This document shows positions 13,201 to 29,550 of a DNA stretch of 64,000 nucleotides, in pieces; the stretch's first letter is position 1, and each line of letters begins with the position of its first letter. The notes under the pieces were generated by a model. That model was given only the letters and a program-made list of their open reading frames with translations. It ran no database searches and had not been told where the DNA came from. This DNA is from Utricularia gibba. Lineage: Eukaryota; Plantae; Magnoliophyta. The position numbers and the translations under genes were made by a program. The stretch spans positions 2,046,001-2,110,000 of the forward strand of contig NEEC01000008.1 of assembly GCA_002189035.1 (NCBI GenBank). Direction: 5' to 3'.

Positions 13201-14331
13201 AACTGAAATGGAGCAGGATGCATCAAGTGTAGGTGGCGAAGATAGCTTTCTGGAAACGGAGAATGTGGAATTACATGATTTTGAGGTAATGACTGCATTT
13301 TTTAGCCCATGTGTGATTTCTATTCATGAAAACGCCATAGATTGTGCTCTGGTGGTGAAACATTGGATCTGTGCAGAGTGTTACTTGTAGAGGTACTCAC
13401 CGAACTCCAGAGGCTGTTGCCACACAACCACTCGCTCAGAGCAATGGCCAGGATCCTAATATTGTAGTAGAAGATTCGGGGGTCCAGCGATTGAAATCTT
13501 GCTTTGAGCATTTGTATGAAGAGGTATTCCAATCTTGAAGCAAGCTTTTTGTTTCTTCCTGCACATCCCTTTGCTTCTTTCCTTGGGTAAAATTGAGTCT
13601 TATGCACCATATGACATTTCTTTTTTAGATAAGAAGTCATTGATCAGTTTCATTTCCTGTCTGTAGCTGGAGAGAATGAAAAACGAAAATGCAGATGAAA
13701 GTGTGGATCTTGATGCAGATAAGCCCGGTTCCACTGATCCAGAAACAGAACTCACGCTCACGCAACTGACCAGAGTGAGTTAGTTCTTTGGCTATCCTGT
13801 ATCAGAAAGATGAGATCTGATGTGCTGTGCTGACCTCTGTTATTGCTACGTATTTTGTAGGCAAATGAATTGCTCAGAAGTTCATTTCCTTTACCGGATG
13901 ACATTTCCATTGGTGGGAACTCATTAGAGAAGATCCTTTCATTCGAAATCGAGCTTATTGAAGCACTGAATGCGAAGAGCAGCCAGAACCTTCAACCGCA
14001 GAGGTAAATTTCCTGTTTTTTTCGTAGTGTACACGAGAGCCAGTGCTTTATTTGTTTTTGGAAACGCCGCAGAGATGAAGAAGGCATTGTCAAAAGCTTC
14101 AGAGACATCAATGAGCTGATCAAAGAATTTTTGCAACTCAAGTCACGGCATGCCTCCGTGGAGGCAGACCTGAGAGAGATGCACCAACGCTATTCCCAAC
14201 TGAGTCTCCGGCTTGCCGAGGTTGAAGGTGAGCGTCAGAAGCTTGAGATGACCCTGAAAACACTGCGAGCAACGAGGAAGATTGCAACATTAAAACGAGC
14301 ATCAACAGCTAGTAATGCCGGTCACCTTTAG
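7284..14331 (+). CDS. Giant NT-type C2-domain (EEIG1/EHBP1) coiled-coil protein, At1g22060-like; about 10 exons, with one apparent -1 frameshift at 9061-9065
   Basis: MSRGFKWKLEQTKTKVVFRLQFHATH/VPPTGWDKLFISF...NGTCKWPDPIYETT...KTGFREFEQQRE. Long heptad-rich exon 8436-13285. C-terminus EMHQRYSQLSLRLAEVEGERQKLEMTLK; stop 14329-14331. Confidence 0.9.
10382..11326 (+). repeat. Five tandem 189-bp (63-aa, 9-heptad) coding repeats inside the coiled-coil exon
   Basis: Units start at 10382, 10571, 10760, 10949 and 11138 (exact 189-bp spacing). Consensus NxELSLQLKxExLEKEKLANDxSxLE...DKLLHLKExxEEKIxFTExKLxACLxE. Confidence 0.95.
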
Positions 14332-15002
14332 CAAATACAGTGGAATAAGCCATTCTCCTGTTGATGTTGATCAGTGGGACGAGTTTTCTCCCCGCCCTCC
14401 ATCGTGTGACGAAATCTACAATCTACAAGTGACTACTAAAAGGAATTTGCCGACCCTTCGGGGTCTCAAAGGGGCATGTGATATAAGAACACTTGAATGG
14501 AAATGTGAAACAGATGGTTTTGAATACGGTAGAGAAGAAATTTCGAGCTTCTCATCGTTGTACATTCTGCAACATTTACTTGTGCCTGGGAAAATTTAAA
14601 GATCACAAGGGTCGTTGTGTTCCACCATGGGTGAAGAACTTAAACTGTACATAGAAATGCAATGAAGGTTTTTCCCAGTGTGAGTAGTCCCTGTGAGGAG
14701 GTAAAACACAATCAAACATGACAACACGGAGTACAGTGTTAAGTGCCACAGTTCAACTGTTCCATGTGAGATATCAACCAGACATTCATCTTTCTCTTGT
14801 ATATACTTCCCAGAAACAGATAAAAGAAATCCTTCATCAACCACAAGACCCAGACAACGAAATGGACAGCAACCAGGCCCACAATCGCGGGAAAACATAA
14901 AACTATAAAAGCTTGGTGCTGTTAATGCAACTGCAATCAACAGAGTGGCACTTCATATGCAAGAAAAAATGTTGTGATGACGCTGTGTAGGTAGACGGAT
15001 AT

Positions 15003-15988
15003 TCACAAGATGGTGCATAAGCATCCTCCGTTCTTCTGAGGACCATCCTTTGACTTATCTGAATATACACAAACATCAAAATTGAACTTCACCCAGAAAC
15101 TAAAAAAGAATGCAGCATCAGAAACTTGCCATTTTTTTCTGGAATGGGAAGTCGGACAACAACATGCATTGTTATGACACCACTAGGCACTTCACTCAGA
15201 GGAAGTCGAGATTCAGCAAGCGTTTTGTTGTTCTCCAGTATTCTTCCAGCATTGATGAGTTTAATATCATTTATGGATTTGGGTGCATTCTCTACACCTG
15301 CAATACCAATTCTGTAAGATCATTACGTAGCAGAAAATGAACCAATAGATGTCGAAGCCACATATGAGGAGTTGTCCATCTATCACACACATAACAATCA
15401 AGCCTCACCAGACCTTTATTACATAGTATGAACGGCATAAATAAATGGAAGCATCATTTAATCTGAAAAAATATTCAAAACTTCTTACGGCATCACTTCC
15501 AGAACTCGGTTTTGCCTCTCACAAGAAAAGAAAATACCTCTAATTCAAACAAGGTAGAGATGCAAAATACATGGATGAAGTCTTTTAGTTTCGTGTAAAG
15601 GATTGACCAAAATATGTCTTCTGATTTCCACATGTACGGTAGAACATCATGTATAAACAAAGCATGACCAGAAACAAAAACTATAAAGAGGTACTACTTT
15701 GTGAAGGGATAAATTTATTCATCAAACGACATACAGTAAAACTGCAACTGCATAAGCCCCTAATGAAACATGAGGTACAAAATCCAGCAACTTGTATGTT
15801 ATGAAAACTGTAACATGAATGAACAACTGAAAAAAGACCACACACAAGGATGCACAACCTTTTGGCCATTGTGCAATAATCTTTTCCTTGAGAGATGTCA
15901 CAGTTTCAGAAGAATGGTACTTGCTAGGTCCAATGTCACTACCATCAGCAAGCCTGAATTTGAGTTGAACCAATTCATCCGTAGCCAT
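15003..15988 (-). CDS. MUB: Membrane-anchored ubiquitin-fold protein (MUB5/6-like); exons 15988-15859, 15297-15130, 15058-15003
   Basis: MATDELVQLKFRLADGSDIGPSKY...IKLINAGRILENNKTLAES...TMHVVVR. Ends GGCLCTIL* (CaaX plus upstream Cys). Second intron is GC-AG. Confidence 0.93.
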
Positions 15989-17015
15989 AGAATAAACAGG
16001 ACGTTGGATCCTTACACCACAATAAAAACCAATAAAAACACCACGAGACGAAAACCCCAAGATGCCAATGTTGCCTAAAGCAGATTACCTCAAGGTAGCA
16101 GCAATCTTATATACAAAGATTCGAGATCAGAACAAAGACACAGCATGAATATTTCCAATAAACCACAAACACAAAAAAAGGGAACCTTTAGATCGACACG
16201 TGTAACACTTTACGACCGCCAAACACTCTGACGGAACCCAGATCAAAGCTGAAAAGTTTCTTGCAACCGCTTGTTTTTTGTGAGAGCGTGAATCAGAAGG
16301 CTCGAACGAGCGAACACAATAGGGTGAGAATAAGGTTGTGGGTGACGACAACAGCGCAACTTGTGAGAAGATTCAGAAGACGTCTTCTAGATGTTCGATA
16401 ACTGGCAAAGGAGAGTAATAAACGAATACCGGAGATGCGAGAAGATTAACCCAAATATCCCGTCGCAAGTGTGATTCTTTTACCAAATAATCCATATGGG
16501 GAACACTTGCTGATGATTCGGATTCCGATTAGTTTCACTTCCATGCCATTTTACAGCTCGACAACTCTGGCGCCGTCGCAGGCCGGAGCTACGCAAATTT
16601 GACCACGAAATATCAACTCCGACCCCTCTCCCTATTTCACCGATTCCCAATCTGATTACTACAAATATTTATTTATTGGAAAAATATTAAAATCAGTAAT
16701 TTTCAAGGTTTTTTTTTTCTTTTTGAAGTTCAACGTGACCGTTATGAAAAATAGTGTGGGCCCAATTATAGTGTAAAATGTAAAAACATGGCCCACGTAC
16801 GAGACATTTGAGACGGGAACGTCGAGGCGGCGAAATGAGTTTCGTTGTCCCGCCCAAACCCGCCCCTATATTTCCCTCGTTTTCCAGATTCCGGTTTCGC
16901 AGTCGTGAATTTCTCTAACGGCGGCGAACCCTAGGGCGAACGTGAGTTGCTAATCGCTGTAAATAGTGCTTATTTTTTCGCCTCTTTTGACATGTTGTCT
17001 CCTTATGGATTTTAG

Positions 17016-18466
17016 ATGAAAGGCGGAAAATCGAAGACTGAGTCGAAGAAGGCGGAAAGCAGGTGAGAGATGAGATGGATTTTATTTGTCGTGTTTGGTG
17101 CCTTTTTCCCCAAAGAGTGAACTGTCTATTTTTTTATCTCTCTATTCGTATTTCTGTTTGCACGGTTTCGCGGCTTTCATTTATTTACGGATGTTGATTA
17201 TGCTTGATTTGTCTTGTTGTTAGTTTTTTTATGCGCTTTTGCTGCCTTATTTGATAAATTTAAGGGAAGTTGTTGATAAATTGTTTGGTTCGATTAGAGG
17301 CAACGCTCGGTGTCTTTCACTCCCTCGTCGATATATTTTTGTGCAGTTTTCGGCTTCCGCAGATTTTATTGCAGCCTGTTTAGCTGATTTGAATGACGCT
17401 TTGTCGTCTTGCTTGTTTGCTTGAGTATGCTTTGTAAAGACGTTGTTTGTTTTGGTTGTGGATTTGCCTTTGTTTAGAAAAAAATATCCAGTCTTAAAAT
17501 GTTTGTAATAAATTGCATGCTATCTATTGTCAGGTTAGCTATCAAAAAGAAAACTAAGAAAGAGAAGAGGGCAGAAAAGGATCCCAACAAGCCTAAAAGG
17601 CCGCCAAGTGCTTTTTTTGTTTTCATGTGAGCCAGTTCTCCTGTACTCTATCCTACAAAACTTCTTTTCTTGTTGGTTCAAGAAACTCATTGACATTTTT
17701 TGCGTTTCTTTCAGGGAGGACTTCAGGAAACAGTACAAAGAAAAACATCCCGACAATAAATCTGTTGCTGCTGTGAGTTCACTTTTTTTTCATGCTGGAT
17801 TTCAAGATAACTAAGTTCCATTGGGAACCCAATATGAAGGGATAGCCCCTTGCACCAGTTTTGTAGAGATATTTCCCTTTTGTGTATTCGAAAGCTGAAT
17901 TCATATCTAGATTTCTTTCTTCATGTTAGCACAAGATTAAGCTGGCCTTAGATTATGGTTTCTGAATGTAGGTTGGTAAAGCTAGTGGTGAGAAGTGGAA
18001 ATCTATGAGTGATGAGGTAAAGTTAAGGCTTGTATACAATGCAACCCATCATCACTCCCTTTGTGTTTGTTCTCACTGCTATGAGCTTAAACAATAGGAG
18101 AAAGCCCCTTTTGTTGAAATTGCGGAAAAGAGGAAGGAAGAATATGAGCGCAAAATGCAGGCATACAACAAAAAATTGGTGAGCACTTGCACACATGCAA
18201 CATCACTTGCTGAAAATCATTGTCATAGGAATTAAGCCATACATGTTTTCTTGCCTCCATTTGCAACCATAGGCCGGAGGTGGTGACGATGAATCTGACA
18301 AATCAAAGTCAGAGGTGAATGATGAAGATGACGAGGAAGGGGATGCTGAGGTAAGTGTTTAGGCTTTCCTTCTTAGCTTGCTTTCTTCAAAGCTTCAAAT
18401 CAGTGTATAGGATCACTGTGTGTCTTCCTCGCCTTCATTCAGGAAGAAGCCGAAGATGATGACTGA
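17016..18466 (+). CDS. HMGB: High-mobility-group B protein (HMGB2/3-like), 7 coding exons
   Basis: MKGGKSK...KDPNKPKRPPSAFFVFM/EDFRKQYKEKHPDNKSVAA/VGKASGEKWKSMSDE/EKAPF...YNKKL, followed by an acidic tail ending EEAEDDD*. Confidence 0.93.
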
Positions 18467-18891
18467 TCCATTCGGACAAGGAGAAGCATCTGCGTGTCTT
18501 CATGTTTTGTGTACTTTACAGACACTGACCCCCCTACTGTGATCCAAGGCTTCATTTACTAGATTAAGGTTACTGATGTATCCAGATCCCTAATTTTTCA
18601 GTATGCTGTCTCTAAGGCTAATTTCTATGTAATGTGACAAAAAGAGGAATGATTAGTGATATCCTATTTTAAGGCATCATTTTTAATTATGAAGCCAGGA
18701 GACGGAGGATAGTGACATGATAGATGTTTGTGCTTTTTTTGTTAATATTAAAAGATCATGGGGTGAAATTATAATGAGGATGAATACAGGGTTAAATTTT
18801 CATAGGTTAAGTTAGGGGCGGCCTTGAGCCTCCGCTTTTTTTTTTATATTCTGGAGTCCGGGGGTCCAGGCCCAATTAGAAAGACTGACCA

Positions 18892-18910
18892 CGTGGCGTG
18901 TGAACATTGG
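18892..18910 (-). promoter_or_regulatory. ER stress response element (CCAAT-N9-CCACG) overlapping a G-box, upstream of CNPY
   Basis: Plus strand cgtgg-cgtgtgaac-attgg is the exact reverse complement, about 125 nt before the ATG at 19035. Confidence 0.7.
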
Positions 18911-19034
18911 GCAGTACACTTCATCGTCTTGTTGTGGAGGCCTTCGTTTTTGGTATGTGGCATGATGCTTCAGATCGTGTAGAGTTCAAATTCCCCGCGC
19001 TGTACATACTAGACTTTTGCGGTTGGGTTCATCA

Positions 19035-20386
19035 ATGGCGGAATGTAACATTAGAACGATGTTGTCGGTGATCCTCGCGGTTTTCGCAGTCGCGGTTCGT
19101 GGTATTGACGATAAGTGCGCAGCCTGCAATGCGATTGCTGTGAGTAATATTTGATTTTGGTCTCTTGATGCTCTATTTTGTTTCGAAATTTTCAGTCCGG
19201 TGGCAGAGCATATTTGCTTAAGTTCTGGCGTTTTTCCAGGAAGAGCTACAACTTGGGCTCCTGAAAGTAAGAGATCGCGCTTCTCGTTAACTCTTGGTTT
19301 TTTTTTCCTACTTTTTTTTGCCGATGATTAATGGGATTGATTTAACATTACATGGGCGTGCTTTGTATGCCATGGGGCAGGTTTTCCAATGTCGGATATT
19401 TTTCTATTAAGAATTGAATACATTACATTGGCGTTTTGTTTAGGAAAGACCTAGAAATCATTTAGACATGAGACACCGTCTGGATTCTAAAGGTCAGCGT
19501 CAGGGGAAGCTGATTGACTACAGGTACCTGATCATAAACTCTGTTGCTGTATGTATACCCCTTGGGAAGATGCTTTGCATTTGTTCCTGATTATCGATGT
19601 TTACTTGTAATTTTTTTGACAGAGTCAGTGAGTTGAGAGTTGTTGAACTCCTTGATGGACTATGTGAAAAGATGCAAGATTATACCCTTGAAAAGGCATC
19701 TTCCTTAGCTCTTAAATTTGTCACAATCTGTCAGTTTGGTCAGCTTACGCTTATGAATATAAGCCCTCTACATCTGTAGGTGGATTCGGGCAGTGAAATA
19801 TGGATTAAAGTGAACAACTGGGACCAGCTTGAGCTTACTACCAGTTCTGTCCTTGCCCTCTTTTATGTCACATATTATCTTCTGAATGAAATATCGAATA
19901 ATTGGTTGTAGGTAAGCAAGAAGCCCGTGCACATGCAAAATACATTTCAACTTTTTGTGGAAGGTAATGAATAACTCCCGGAACATGCGCCCTGTGAAGC
20001 GTTTTGGAGATTGTTTAATTTATATAATCGGCCGATGCTCACTCTGTTTAGGTTACTGGAGGAAACTGAAGATGAGGTGAATCTTAACCACGAAATATCT
20101 CGATGATATACATTTACCACCAGATTTTAACTCCTCCGACGTCCATTTGCTAAAGCAGCTTACAGAATCAATAAAGAACGGTTCTTTTAAAGCGGGGCAA
20201 GTAAGTAAGGTCCTTTGCCAAGACCTTACTAGATATTGCCGGCAGACGAGGTAATCAATCAATTTTCTGCAGTTTCTTGAGATACTTCTTTTCCAGACGA
20301 ATGTAAATTGTAATGTACTTCTCCTGCACAGCGGCAGAGGGGCGGAAATGGAAGATGAAGAAGATACAAGCAACGATGAACTTTGA
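19035..20386 (+). CDS. CNPY: Canopy/MSAP (DUF3456, saposin-like) ER-lumenal protein
   Basis: Signal peptide, then DDKCAACNAIA/EEL...RNHLDMRHRLDSKGQRQGKLIDYR/VSELRVVELLDGLCEKMQDYTL, VLCQDLTRYC and a C-terminal NDEL ER-retention signal. Confidence 0.9.
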
Positions 20387-21079
20387 ATGATAATTTTCCG
20401 TAACTCCATGTTCTTGTTTCAATTAATTTTACACATCCATGAGATGTTTTTCATCAGGCTGTAATGGATTAATTTGACAGCGAATTCTACAATTTTAGTA
20501 CTAGTAGTAAGCTTGATATCCCACCACTTTTCAAATGTTTTTTTTCTCTTGTAGAGTGTAGTCGGTCATGTAATGGTAAAAGTAGGCCCTCATACAAATA
20601 CGTACGAAGTATTTTCCGCCTCTTCTCTCCGGTGCTGGGTTCCTTTGTCCGAATTTTCCCTTTCTGAATTGAATTCGCATTGCTTGATTCCCTCTATCCA
20701 CAATTTTCCAACTAATTCACTATTAACGCAGAATATTCTTTGGCTGAGGCCGGTGGACTCCCTTTGCCATGCAACTCACGTGGCTTTTATAGGTCGTTTG
20801 CTTTGCTCCCTGATGATGAGGAGCACTTCTTTGGTGGAGTTTTCTCTGTCTTGTTTTCATTGGTTACTTGTAGTCGACTCCATTCTCTCAAAGCCGAATC
20901 AAATTCTTTTTGGGAGGTTTAGTCTTCTTCTCCCTTTCTGTCCCATCCGTAGGAAATCTTCTTTATTACAATGAATAGTCAATAAAGCTTGAAGTCGGTA
21001 GGGGAAGGTTGGCGGTGTACTTCCTCAACCCTGGGTGAAAAACCATTGGTAGTTTGGCTTGAAGTTCCAAACGTTGAGA

Positions 21080-24005
<2,926 letters not shown>

Positions 24006-24404
24006 TGAAAGAAGCAGCAGGTTCCTCAACTTAATTCTAATCAGCCTGTACATATGAAATGATTAAGAGAGGCATTGCCGTTGCATTCAGTTTGCTCTCA
24101 ACTTCTTCTTGTTACTACAAACAGGGGAACAGATCAGCTGAACCGGTCAACAATAACTCCACAGAAGACGAAGCGAATCACTCTTTCCCCAACTAACTAA
24201 CTACCTTTCTGCCGGGAAAGCAGTTCAGATTCAAGAATTCAGAGCCTTCACACAATCTGGACAGGTCTGGAAATAGCATGAGACAGAAGCATATATATGG
24301 ATTCTGTCTAAGAGTTCACAACAAGATAAAGAGGCCAGCATCACAAAATTTTTGATTAAGACACGAAATAAGATGAAGTTTTCATCATTATCGTGGGGGG
24401 GTTG

Positions 24405-26497
24405 TCAACACATCCAGGAAGCTGAACGTTTGATCTGCGGCTTCATTTGTTTGTCTTCTTCGAGAGAAATCATTCCCAAGTGAGATGGATCTTCAAGCAT
24501 CATCTTCGACACCAAGTAACCAGCGATGGACCATGTCTGGTTCTTCCGGGCCTGTTTCCCCATGTACCTTCCCAGCTTCCCGTCGTAGTACTCAGGCCAG
24601 TGATCCTGCATCAGCCGCATCTCTGCTTGCTCTATGGCCCGCCGTGCTAGCTGTGGCCTCCCGCACTTGATGCATGCCGCAGTCAGTAGCCATAGAAGAA
24701 CTGTAAATTGGCAACAGGTTTGAAAACTTGGTTCACTGATGAGTGATGTATATAAAGGATATGGAGGTGTCTTACCTGGCCAAGAGCCCCCATTGTGGTA
24801 GCTCCAGGCGGTGTTCTTGGGATCACAGCCGGTGATAATCCTCCACTCGTGGCTTTCCATGGCTGGATAACAGATCTTCAAGGGCATTTCTCCAACGAGT
24901 TCATCCCATCGTGACTCTATGAGATCCATTATAGCCCAGCCTTGCTCTGGAGTAGCGAGGGAGGAAAGAATGGCAACGCAGTTGCCAAGGCAGAACCACC
25001 GGAAATCCATTCGGGCAGGGCTGACGTTTCCAATGAAATAGCCGCCATGTTTAGGCATGAAATCAAATACCCAGTCAGGGAGTGAATCCGGCATGACGTT
25101 GAACTTGTTCACTGCAGTGTGAGAGTATTCCTCTGTCTTGTATCTATAGATATCATTTAGCTGCTTTATGTCAAGCCAAAAGTAGTTTCTCATGTGGAAG
25201 CTCAAGGCATGGAGCCGTTTCACGATCTGATCTATACATTCTTTACCCTCCTCATCTTGCTTCAGCAGCAGGAGAGCGCACCTTAATGCCATGAAGAACA
25301 GCGCCTGGATCTCTATAGGGTAACCATAAATTCCCTGCAATGCCAGAAATCATATGGCTCATCAATCCAAAAAGGTCTTTCTTATGGTGGTATGTGCATT
25401 TTTCCATTCGCAAGAGGCTTGTTGATCATTGAAAAAAAAAAAAAAAATAGAGACAGGTAAGGAAAGGTAAGAACCATTCTACGATCAACCATGCAGCATC
25501 CGTCTGCACACAAGAGGGTGGGAAAAGTGTCAAAGCCTTCGGAAAGACAGAGAGTGAGGATGAGTCGGATGCCCCTCTGGCATTCGGCTCTCTCCGCCAG
25601 AGAAGTATCACCAGTGGACTTTGTATACGCTCTAAGAATAATGATCCACCAGAATCCAGAGTCCACAGGGGCAACCCTGCCAATGGCAGATTCACCAAAA
25701 TCTGCTATCAAGGTTTCATTGTTCCTGACTGGGTCATGAAGCACCTTGAAACTTGCTGGCATCACCCCTGCACCTAATGTGAAGTTATCCACCTTCTTCT
25801 CCCATGATTGGAGGCGCAAAGTTTTCAGGAGAAAGTTCTTTACGATTTCTGGTTCACCATTCATCAAGAAAGCTAGAGCACTTGGCACAAAATCCCGGAC
25901 AAAGACCTGATAATTATACACAACTAGCAGCAGAGCTTAATATTCATCTATCACATGTTCCTCCTCAAATTCAGCAGATCAAAAGATTCTCACCCTCGAT
26001 AATACCAAAACATAGATTGAAAGAGCTGGATCAAACTTTCATCATTCATTCTTTCAGAGTTATTAGCAAAACAGAGACTTTGTTACCTGATCATAGTTTA
26101 GTTCTTCGGTGGAATGATCCAGAGCAGCAATTGTGCCCACAGGCTGTCCACGGAAGTTAACAATTGATTTTCTCAAGGCTGCCCAAGCATCAGCCACAAC
26201 TACATGTGTTTCCACGCAAGGCTGATAAGATCTGGGAGTGCTAAAAGCAGAATGAATGCTCCCCATAGTTTCAAACACACGGGATGAGTTATCCGTGTTT
26301 CGATAGAATTGGCGGGGTGATGAAATGGAAAGCTCACTAAAAGATCTTTCATCAAATGATCTTTTCCTCTCTATGTTAAGAGGCCTTGGCTTTTCCAGCA
26401 GTCTCACCAAATCTGAATCATCAAATTCAAAAATAGATGGACTGGGCTCATTGCTTTTGGTGCCTCCATTTCCAGAAACTCCATGCGTCGGAGACAT
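24405..26497 (-). CDS. CINV: Cytosolic alkaline/neutral invertase (GH100, CINV-like); exons 26497-26087, 25906-25475, 25334-24776, 24700-24405
   Basis: [75 protein letters not shown]...QTWSIAGYL. Confidence 0.95.
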
Positions 26498-27790
26498 CTT
26501 CCAAGATTGCTTCTTTCGGTGATCCTGGTGAATCTGCAGGATATCTAAGTCAAGAGATCTTTCTAGGTAGTCCTAAAACACCAAAGTCAACCACAGTGCG
26601 CTGAGAAGAGAAAATGTATCACCAGAAATGCAATCTCATCTTAAAGAAAGCACTAATACTCTGCAGAATCAAACAGCAAGCATCACAGATCACACTTCAT
26701 CCAAGGAACTTAAACAATCAAACTGGGATAGGCATTAATCAGACAGGTGCAACTAAAGCATTGAAACTGCGCTTCTCTCAGTAGATCGGCGGCAGCCATT
26801 GACATTGTAGACAAAAATAAAACAAAAAGATTTTTCTAGAAACAATTCGGAAAGTAAGCGATCCAATTATCTCTTCATATAGCCTAGCCAAACTACACTT
26901 CCAGACTACCCAGTATAGAACTGAATCTCATCAAAGAAGACACAAAAAGAGAAAAAAAAACATAAATCCACAATTCCTGAAGCATCACAACAACAGCAAC
27001 AGCAAAACAATCGGAAAAAGATTCAGCATGAATAAAATTCAGGGAATGTGAAAACTATATCTTAATAAAAGTTATTATGAAGATATAAGACAACCAGAAA
27101 GCGGCGATAGTACACGGGGAGTAAGAAAGGGACCGGCCGGGCCGGTAAGGGCACCGATGCGTCGGAATGTGTCGAAGTTCGCTGGATAACCTCTGCGCTT
27201 ATCTACTTGCCTACTCTTTTACCAAATGGACAAAAGATTCCAACGCAACTAGGAAAACAATGTTATTTTTAATATTATCAATATGATTAAAAATTAATAT
27301 ATTCCATTTTAAATATATAAATAAATAGGAAAATAAATTCCATCTATTTTTAAAACATTTTACCCACAAACCTACTATAATTCATTAGGGGCAAGATTTG
27401 CACATTGCTGATAATTCCAAATAAAATTTCAAAATTCTTTTATGACGTTGAAATTAAAAAAATGAAGAATATTTTCAAGTAGCTTTCGAATTTTGAATAC
27501 TAAATATCATTTCTTTTCAAATAGAAAAAGGGATTTATTAGGAGAAAGTCCATTTTTCCTAACTTTGAGAAAATTGTCAGTCAACACATTCTTTTCTGGG
27601 AATTAGGTAGGCTGTATTTTCCTGAATTGGTCAATAAAGGGACCCATTAATTATTTAGTTTCCTATTTTAAAAAATTCCAAGAAAAACAAAATTAATTTT
27701 TTTTTAAAAAAGCACGTGCTTTATTGATGAAGGCGAAACGCCTACAAACAAAATGTAAGATGAGGAGGATGTTGTAGTGATTTGAGGATT

Positions 27791-29326
27791 TTACTCATCG
27801 TAATGCTCTTCAGCTCCGCCCTCTTCGTAGTCTTCATCAACCTCTGCAGTGGCATCCTGATACTGCTGATACTCTGCTACCAGATCGTTCATGTTGCTCT
27901 CAGCTTCAGTGAACTCCATCTCGTCCATTCCTTCACCGGTATACCAGTGCAGAAACGCCTTGCGCCTGTACATGGCTGTGAACTGCAGGCTGACTCTCCT
28001 GAACATCTCCTGAATGGAAGTGGAGTTCCCCACGAAGGTGGACGCCATTTTCAGCCCTGTGGGGGGGATGTCGCAGACACTGGATTTCACATTGTTGGGG
28101 ATCCATTCCACGAAGTAGGAGGAGTTCTTGTTCTGCACATTCAGCATCTGTTCGTCAACCTCTTTTGTGCTCATCTTGCCACGGAACATGGCGGAGGCGG
28201 TAAGGTAGCGCCCATGGCGAGGATCAGCAGCACACATCATGTTCTTGGAATCCCACATTTGTTGGGTAAGTTCGGGGACGGTTAAAGAGATGTAGTGCTG
28301 TGATCCACGGGAAGTGAGAGGAGCAAAGCCCACCATGAAGAAATGAAGGCGCGGGAAAGGTATCAAGTTTACAGCAAGCTTTCTGAGATCGGAATTCAAC
28401 TGTCCTGGGAATCTCAGGCAGCAAGTTACTCCACTCATGGTTGCGGAAATCAAGTGATTCAAGTCACCGACTGCAAAACAACACAAGCCGATGTCACAAG
28501 GAAGTTGTGTGGCAATAGTGACACGCTAGGCGTTGCTTACAGCTGGGGGTGCTGAGCTTCAATGTCCTGAAGCAGATGTCGTAGAGGGCTTCATTGTCAA
28601 GAACCATGCACTCATCAGCATTCTCCACCAATTGATGCACTGAGAGTGTGGCATTATAGGGCTCAACTACCGTGTCAGAGACTTTGGGAGATGGGAAAAC
28701 AGAGAATGTCATCATCATTCTGTCTGGATACTCCTCTCTGATCTTCGAGATCAAAAGGGTTCCCATCCCAGATCCCGTACCTCCTCCCAGAGAGTGGCAA
28801 ACCTGAAATCCTGACCAAAAGTAACGAAAACATTGCACAAACATATCAGGGTCATGATCTACTCACCGGTACGATGGAACGTAAAGAACCAAGGCAAAGA
28901 CTATCAGAAAAAACGGTAGGCAACCTTGAAGGCAATCACAGTTTTCCGCCTCCTTCCTAACAACATCAAGAACCGCATCAATAAGCTCAGCCCCCTCAGT
29001 GTAATGCCCCTTCGCCCAGTTATTCCCGGCGCCGGATTGCCCAAAAACGAAGTTATCAGGGCGAAATATCTGACCATAAGGACCAGATCTGATGGAGTCC
29101 ATCGTCCCCGGCTCCAGATCCATAAGAACAGCGCGTGGGACGTACCTCTTCCCAGATGCCTCATTGAAATACACATTGATCCTCTCCAACTGCACATCAG
29201 AAGATCCTTCCTCCCCTTAAACTTCCCCGTGGGATCAACGCTGTGCTCATCACAGATAACCTCCCAAAACTTGGAACCGATTTGGTTCCCACATTGCCCG
29301 CCTTGAATGTGCAGGATTTCCCTCAT
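27791..29326 (-). CDS. TUB: Beta-tubulin (TUB1/TUB5 class); exons 29326-28925, 28810-28541, 28470-27791; apparent -1 frameshift at 29213-29216
   Basis: [38 protein letters not shown], acidic tail, and the canonical plant beta-tubulin intron positions. Confidence 0.95.
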
Positions 29327-29478
29327 TTTTCAGCCCCAGATTTGCGTTTCACCTCGCGAAACGAGATCCAACCCAGCGTCGGTGAAAGCAGTTTCTTGTA
29401 ATAGATATTTATAAATAAAACCAAAAAATATATTATTAGATGATATTCTTAGAGAACGTGAGCGGTGGGTTTCAAAGA

Positions 29479-29550
29479 GGGACCCACCCCATCTTCATGC
29501 AAACCGTAGTAGTAGTTCTCCCTCAACCGCTCATACCCAGCGGGACCCAC
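29479..29550. promoter_or_regulatory. Two TCP-type sites (GGNCCCAC) upstream of beta-tubulin; TATA-like box at about 29406-29413
   Basis: gggacccac at 29479-29487 and 29542-29550. Minus strand TATAAATA at 29413-29406. Confidence 0.5.
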
